A DNA stretch of 64,000 bases from Mariniphaga sp. (lineage in GTDB: Bacteria > Bacteroidota > Bacteroidia > Bacteroidales > Prolixibacteraceae). The first letter of the stretch is position 1; each line of letters opens with the position of its first letter. The translations under genes and the position numbers were made by a program. The DNA is taken from contig JBAXOA010000009.1 of NCBI GenBank assembly GCA_037133495.1, positions 1,191 to 65,190 on the forward strand. Direction: 5' to 3'. This document shows, piece after piece, positions 58,932-64,000 of the stretch. Below the pieces are notes generated by a model. That model ran no database searches and was not told the DNA's origin. It was given only the letters and a program-made list of their open reading frames with translations.

Positions 58932-59579
58932 TTGAAAAGATTTAAAACATACATACTGGTTATTTTACTTATCTGCACTTTTTTTGTGGTTGCAATTATT
59001 TATGTAAATAATACAATCACAAAAAAGGGTAACGCCTATTGTTTTTACTCGATAGATTCGATTCCACATAACCATTGCGGACTCGTATTAGGAACCAGCA
59101 AATACCTTTGGAACGGAAAACGAAATCTCTATTATACCAACAGGATTAAAGCGGCTGTAGAGCTCTATAACTGCTATAAAATTGACTTTATTATTGTAAG
59201 CGGGGATAACCGGAAACGAAATTATAATGAACCTATTACGATGTACAACGACCTAATTGCTGCCGGAATTCCCAATAAAAAAATTATCCTTGATTATGCA
59301 GGATTCAGGACACTTGATTCAGTAGTAAGAGGCAAAGAAGTTTTTGGCCAGGATCAATTCACTATTATTTCCCAATCATTTCATAATCAGCGTGCGATAT
59401 ACCTTGCACGAAAAAAGGGAATCGAAGCCATCGCCTTTAATGCCGATGCCGTAAGCGGAAGAATGACACTTAAGGTTCAACTGCGCGAAATAGCAGCCAG
59501 AATGCTGGTGGTCTTCGACATGATGACTGCAAAACAACCGCATTTTTTAGGCGAAAAGGTGGTGGTTCCGGCGAATTAA
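58932..59579 (+). CDS. SanA/YdcF (DUF218) family protein
   Basis: TTG start. N-terminal TM anchor and a DUF218 core (…VLGTSKY…, IIVSGDN…, EP. .M…, DYAGFRTLDS). Confidence 0.78.
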   Translation: MKRFKTYILVILLICTFFVVAIIYVNNTITKKGNAYCFYSIDSIPHNHCGLVLGTSKYLWNGKRNLYYTNRIKAAVELYNCYKIDFIIVSGDNRKRNYNEPITMYNDLIAAGIPNKKIILDYAGFRTLDSVVRGKEVFGQDQFTIISQSFHNQRAIYLARKKGIEAIAFNADAVSGRMTLKVQLREIAARMLVVFDMMTAKQPHFLGEKVVVPAN

Positions 59580-59592
59580 AGGCTGAACATTT

Positions 59593-61740
59593 TTAGAACC
59601 GGATATTATATTTGAGTTTAAAACGCAAGGCGCTTTCATTAATTACATACCGTTCAAGTGGCTGAGAAATATTAGATGTCCACACAATAAATATCTCGTT
59701 TCCAGGCTTTACAATCCACTGAAATCTTGTTTGTACTCCAACAGTTTTTGAATTATTATCGTATTGAAAATAATTATTTAACGTAATATCCGGACTAAAA
59801 AGAATATTTGCATTCACCTGATAAATTTGTGCCGTAAACTGGCCCGCAGGAAGTGTCACCTCATTCTGTTTGTATTTTATCCCTATGAACAAAGGTACTG
59901 CTACCTTATAATTAATACCGGCGGTGTAGTCCCGGCGCGATCCATTGTAAAAATCACCCCAGACATAAGAACCGGTCACTGCAAAATTACGGCTTCCCGC
60001 AGTAGTGAGATTCAACGACTGCCGAAAAAATTGATATTTTCCAACAGGAATTACAAAATTTGAAAAGATATTAAAGTTTTTTTCAAGATTTTCATAACTT
60101 TGATTAATAGACCAGGAAAACTCTTCTCCGGATTTAAAGCGCAGAGAAAATGGTGAGTAACTGATCGTCCTTGTTTCGAGAACATTTGAGAAGTTGACGA
60201 TATGATCGAAGCCAATTCCTGTATTGACTTGCAGCAAGCCCCATTTATTCGGTCTGGGGCCAATTTTAATGTTTCCGTATGACTCTTTGATGTTGGTTCG
60301 GGGAACAAATCCCATACCTGCAACGAAGTGCTCGCCTATCTCGTGATGGCCCAACGTGAAGGAAAGGAAATCGTTCGGATAAGTAAACGTTCCGCCCCAG
60401 GATAAATCGTTGTTTGACAAACCTTTAGTGTTGGATTTCAATCCAAATAAGATTAATGAAAGATTTTTATTCCCCCTGAATTTCGAGGTGGCCAATTTCA
60501 TATCAATTCCTCCGACAAAGTTTTCTGCCTGAGAAACAGTATTGCCAAAGGTGCCAATCATACCAATGGAAGAGGCGCCGTTGATATTGCGGGAAATGCG
60601 GGCGACCGAAAAATTGGAATTTCCCAAGGAATGGTCATCGTTGACTTGCATCACGCCGATATTCCATCGGCCAATCGTTCCCGTCAGCTTCCCTGCATAA
60701 TTGATCTTTATCGGCAATCCATTGCTGTCCAATCCCATACGACGCGAAAGAAAGGGAATAATAGCCTTCCCATATGGGTTCCCATCATCACCCTGAATCC
60801 CAAATGAAAAATGACTTGAACCATCAAGAAAAAAATCTCTTCTCTCAGGAAACAAAACATCGAAGCGTGTAAGGTTAATCTGCCGATCATCAACAGCAGT
60901 TTCAGCGAAATCAGTATTAAAAGACAATACGGATTTCAGGCTTGGGGTAATCTGATAAAACAGATCAAGGCCACCATCGGCACGGTATTTATTTTTATTA
61001 TCACGTTTAGTATCCATTCCGCCGACAACATAAGGAGAAAGATCAAGTCCGATTCCCTGTGAGATATTTTGAATTCCTTCAATCAATCCGGCATCCGAGA
61101 CTTGAAATTTATAGTTGTTGATATTAGCGGCAGGCCAATAGGAAGATTCCAGCTTTCGCTTGATATGTCGTATAAATTTTATCCCCCACGTTGACAAGTT
61201 CTTATCGAAACCTATTGTTTTAAATGGGATGGCCATTTCGGCTTCCCATCCATCAGCCACAATTCTGGCCTTTGAATCCCATACTCCATTCCAGTTTTTA
61301 TTGAAAACTGCGCCATTTTCGCTGATTGTGGCATCCCCAAACGAACCTCTCGGACCAATCTGAAACCAGTAACCATTACGGTGATCGAGAAAAGTATCCA
61401 GAATCACCTGAACCCTGTCGTCATTTCCCAAATCAGCATCCCGTGCCATCTCCCTGGAAGTTATCTTGCCGGGATCATCGAAACACTTAACCCCGATATA
61501 AAGATGCGCCGCATCATAACAAGTATAAATGATGGTTTTTTCAGATACAGGCTGACCAGGATTCGGCTCACGCTGAAATAGTTCGTTTACGGTGGCTGCA
61601 TTTTTCCATGCCTCATCGTTCAAATGGCCATCAATTACGGGCGATTTGGATACGTAAACCGCTTTTAACGCCGGCTGGGCAAAACCTGCTATTGGAATTA
61701 AAATTAAGAACAATAAAAACCGCAGGAAAAAATTTATCAT
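59593..61740 (-). CDS. CBM9-like N-terminal domain + DUF5916 outer-membrane beta-barrel-like protein
   Basis: Signal peptide, PVIDGHLNDEAWKNA and HLYIGVKCFD (CBM9-like), then a long beta-rich region ending …LKYNIRF. Confidence 0.78.
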   Translation of the reverse strand: MINFFLRFLLFLILIPIAGFAQPALKAVYVSKSPVIDGHLNDEAWKNAATVNELFQREPNPGQPVSEKTIIYTCYDAAHLYIGVKCFDDPGKITSREMARDADLGNDDRVQVILDTFLDHRNGYWFQIGPRGSFGDATISENGAVFNKNWNGVWDSKARIVADGWEAEMAIPFKTIGFDKNLSTWGIKFIRHIKRKLESSYWPAANINNYKFQVSDAGLIEGIQNISQGIGLDLSPYVVGGMDTKRDNKNKYRADGGLDLFYQITPSLKSVLSFNTDFAETAVDDRQINLTRFDVLFPERRDFFLDGSSHFSFGIQGDDGNPYGKAIIPFLSRRMGLDSNGLPIKINYAGKLTGTIGRWNIGVMQVNDDHSLGNSNFSVARISRNINGASSIGMIGTFGNTVSQAENFVGGIDMKLATSKFRGNKNLSLILFGLKSNTKGLSNNDLSWGGTFTYPNDFLSFTLGHHEIGEHFVAGMGFVPRTNIKESYGNIKIGPRPNKWGLLQVNTGIGFDHIVNFSNVLETRTISYSPFSLRFKSGEEFSWSINQSYENLEKNFNIFSNFVIPVGKYQFFRQSLNLTTAGSRNFAVTGSYVWGDFYNGSRRDYTAGINYKVAVPLFIGIKYKQNEVTLPAGQFTAQIYQVNANILFSPDITLNNYFQYDNNSKTVGVQTRFQWIVKPGNEIFIVWTSNISQPLERYVINESALRFKLKYNIRF

Positions 61741-61783
61741 AAGAGCAACTATTTCAGGCGCTGAAAATAAGAATAAATATTGA

Positions 61784-62056
61784 TTTCATCAGAAGATAAT
61801 TTGTTTTTTAATTGCCTGATGGAACACCTGAGTCATCTTCATTCGTGTTTGCGAAGCGCAGATTCATGGGTGTTTCATCAGAAGATAATTTGTTTTTTAA
61901 TTGCCTGATGGAACACCTGAGTCATCTTCATTCGTGTTTGCGAAGCGCAGATTCATGGGTGTTTCATCAGAAGATAATTTGTTTTTTAATTGCCTGATGG
62001 AACACCTGTGTTATCTTCATTCATGTTTGCGAAGCGCAGATTCATGGGTGTTTCAT
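61784..62056. repeat. Tandem repeat: three contiguous 89-bp units plus a 6-nt partial unit
   Basis: The unit start tttcat recurs at 61784, 61873, 61962 and 62051, an exact 89-bp period. Units 1 and 2 are identical by eye. Unit 3 has 3 substitutions. Each unit can form a 13-bp (12 paired) stem: CUGAUGAAACACC / GGUGUUCCAUCAG on the minus strand. Confidence 0.92.
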
Positions 62057-62070
62057 AAGCCTTAAACAGA

Positions 62071-62478
62071 TTAGGATTCAATAACTTTCCGATTGGCTTT
62101 TGTGGTTGCCTGGACCCGTTTTGATTCAAGTCGCCTTTCGACCGATGCTTTGGTAGGTTTAGTTCCAAGTCGTTTTTTTCGGGGTGTAAGCACCTTTATC
62201 AGAAGTATATAAAACTTATTGATTACTTTATCTTTGTTTTTAAGTTGTGAACGCTCCGACTGTGAGACAAGGATTAATTCACCTTCCTTATTGATTTTAT
62301 TAATCAGTTTTTGGAATACGAGGACCTTTTCATCATCATTCAGCAAAACAGAAGCCCCGACATTAAATCGTAGTTCTACTTTAGTACTTACTTTATTGAC
62401 ATTTTGTCCTCCCGGTCCCCCACTGCGGGAGGCCTGAAAAACAAATTCATCCTTAAAGTCTCTGTCGCGAATGTCCAT
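62071..62478 (-). CDS. arfB: Alternative ribosome-rescue factor ArfB (peptidyl-tRNA hydrolase, GGQ domain + basic tail)
   Basis: SGGPGGQNVNKVSTKVELRF GGQ motif, about 135 aa, and a Lys/Arg-rich C-terminal tail. Confidence 0.9.
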   Translation of the reverse strand: MDIRDRDFKDEFVFQASRSGGPGGQNVNKVSTKVELRFNVGASVLLNDDEKVLVFQKLINKINKEGELILVSQSERSQLKNKDKVINKFYILLIKVLTPRKKRLGTKPTKASVERRLESKRVQATTKANRKVIES

Positions 62479-62603
62479 CAGTATATATTTTCACAATTCT
62501 AATCAAAAAATCGTTTGCTGATCTTTAGATTTCAATAAAACTATTTTGACGCTTCAAAAAGTAGTGTAAATTTGGAAAAAAACAGATAATTATTTTTTGC
62601 AAG

Positions 62604-63266
62604 ATGGAAATTAAAATTGAACCGGGCTGGAAAGAGCAGCTAAAAGAGGAGTTTAACAAACCCTATTTCACCCTATTAACCGATTTTGTGAGATCGGAAT
62701 ATGCTGCACAAAAAATATATCCACCCGGAAATTTGATTTTCAATGCATTCGAAAAATGTCCGTTTGACAAAGTAAAGGTTGTTATTCTTGGACAGGATCC
62801 GTATCACGAAGCAGGTCAGGCACATGGACTTTGCTTCTCTGTCCCGGACGGTGTAAGTTTTCCACCATCTCTCCGCAACATCTTTAAAGAGATACAAAAC
62901 GATCTTAGTATTCCAATTCCTGATTCAGGTAATCTTCTGCGTTGGGCAGATCAAGGGGTATTTTTGCTCAATGCAACGCTGACAGTCAGGGCTCAACAGG
63001 CTGGTTCGCATCAAAAAAAGGGATGGGAAACATTCACCGATAAGGTGATTTATTCACTTTCCGAATCCCGGGAGCATATTGTTTTTCTGCTCTGGGGGGC
63101 CTATGCACAGCGCAAAGGAGAGATGATCAATTCAAGTAAACATCTAATTCTAAACGCAGTGCATCCATCGCCACTGTCTGCGCACCGGGGTTTTTTCGGA
63201 AACCATCAGTTCAGTAAAACCAATGAATACCTTTTATTTCACGGAAAGAAACCCATCACGTGGTAA
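62604..63266 (+). CDS. ung: Uracil-DNA glycosylase (family 1)
   Basis: GQDPYH, GLCFSV, LLLN and HPSPLSA motifs. 220 aa. Confidence 0.95.
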   Translation: MEIKIEPGWKEQLKEEFNKPYFTLLTDFVRSEYAAQKIYPPGNLIFNAFEKCPFDKVKVVILGQDPYHEAGQAHGLCFSVPDGVSFPPSLRNIFKEIQNDLSIPIPDSGNLLRWADQGVFLLNATLTVRAQQAGSHQKKGWETFTDKVIYSLSESREHIVFLLWGAYAQRKGEMINSSKHLILNAVHPSPLSAHRGFFGNHQFSKTNEYLLFHGKKPITW

Positions 63267-63285
63267 ATACCATACCAATTTAAAT

Positions 63286-64000
63286 TCATTTAGCCTTAGT
63301 GAAAAGATCTTCCGCTTGTGTAATCTGATCAGGTTTTCCAAGATCCATCCACAAGGAGGAGGGATCGTGGTAGCCAATAACAGGATGGTTGGCTGCCAGC
63401 CGAAGGTAGAGTGGAATCAATGGGAAGTTCCCGGTTTCTGTAATCAGGCTAAAGATTTTTGGATCGATTAACTGAATGCCGCTAAATGCCAATAAACGGG
63501 TATTTTCCACATTGCGCGAATTGATCGCTTCACCGGTTTTGATATTTTGCCATCCTGCCAGCTGCATTGTATTGTCAAAAGCGAGGTAACGCGACGTAGA
63601 ACGATCACGGACTGCAAGCGTAGCCAACCCTCCCCTCGCCTGATGATATTCCCGGAAAAGCGTTAAATCAATATTACTTAACACATCGACGTTATAAACC
63701 AAAAAGGGTTCATTTCCTTCTAAAAATGGCAGTGCCTTTAAAATTCCGCCACCTGTATCCAGCAATTGATCCTGTTCATCAGAAATTGTGATCGATAGCC
63801 CAAAATCATTATTAACCTCTAAAAATCGGATGATCTGATCTCCAAAATGGTGTACATTGATTACCAATTCATTATAACCGGCGCTGCTAACTTTTTCTAT
63901 TGCTCTCTGCAGCAATGTTTTGCCTGCCACTTCAACAAGCGCTTTGGGTTTTCCGGCAGTAAGCGGATAGAGCCTGGTGCCAAGACCCGCGGCAAAAATC
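63286..64000 (-). CDS. Nucleotidyltransferase family protein (sugar-1-phosphate nucleotidylyltransferase-like), 5' end beyond the window
   Basis: The reading frame stays open to the window edge. The edge translates to IFAAGLGTRLYPLTAGKPKALVEVAGK, the G-x-G-T-R-L nucleotide-binding signature, so the true start lies beyond 64000. Confidence 0.85.
   Translation of the reverse strand, partial: IFAAGLGTRLYPLTAGKPKALVEVAGKTLLQRAIEKVSSAGYNELVINVHHFGDQIIRFLEVNNDFGLSITISDEQDQLLDTGGGILKALPFLEGNEPFLVYNVDVLSNIDLTLFREYHQARGGLATLAVRDRSTSRYLAFDNTMQLAGWQNIKTGEAINSRNVENTRLLAFSGIQLIDPKIFSLITETGNFPLIPLYLRLAANHPVIGYHDPSSLWMDLGKPDQITQAEDLFTKAK

Noticed and set aside
61808-62045. Each repeat unit contains a minus-strand mini-ORF (MNLRFANTNEDDSGVPSGN*, 19 aa; at 61986-62045, 61897-61956 and 61808-61867). 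The kaiB-spacer copy (5506-5586) keeps the frame despite a 21-nt insertion (26 aa). The track ORFs 61812..61997(+) and 61986..62168(-) run through the array.
   Set aside because: All three substitutions between units are non-synonymous first- or second-position changes (T to M, D to N, S to T), so no purifying selection is visible. The peptide has no signal, TM or recognisable leader features. Frame retention in one extra copy has a 1 in 3 chance expectation. I treat this as a nucleic-acid-level element; ribosome profiling could overturn that.
61784-62056. Possible CRISPR array, because of regularly spaced repeats.
   Set aside because: The 89-bp units are directly contiguous with no unique spacers, the unit is far longer than a CRISPR repeat, and no cas genes are in the window. 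It is a plain tandem repeat.

Overview
A 64 kb chromosomal segment that looks like Bacteroidota. About 40% GC by eye. Most starts lack a Shine-Dalgarno (SD) sequence and several upstream regions carry TAnnTTTG-type -7 boxes. It is rich in sulfatases, DUF1080, TAT-signal Gfo/Idh/MocA oxidoreductases and FtsX-type ABC modules. I support about 50 protein-coding genes, one partial at each edge. I saw no rRNA, tRNA, CRISPR array, transposase, integrase or recognisable phage or defence genes. All protein calls come from reading the supplied translations for family-specific motifs; no database search was possible. The main point of interest is a compact minus-strand operon, kaiC-kaiB-kaiB-PAS hybrid histidine kinase (3350-7717), with no kaiA. 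Its KaiC keeps both Walker A motifs, both catalytic EE pairs and a T-x4-S-S phosphosite-like motif, and has a long coiled-coil C-terminal tail. Its start has a strong SD, which is unusual in this window. Other non-routine observations: (i) an 89-bp hairpin-forming unit in three tandem copies (61784-62056), with a fourth diverged copy filling the spacer between the two kaiB genes; (ii) a roughly 60-nt intergenic motif in three same-orientation copies (8083, 13183, 42397); (iii) a non-canonical NRAMP (DAGG / T..A.W in place of DPGN / A..M.H) paired with a membrane-less MgtE-N/CBS/PRC protein, behind a structured leader that can sequester its SD; (iv) a TAT oxidoreductase next to a 1132-aa HEAT + 2xDUF1080 protein; (v) a GH20 hexosaminidase whose GGDE catalytic motif reads GGAE. 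The rest is ordinary housekeeping and glycan or lipid metabolism.
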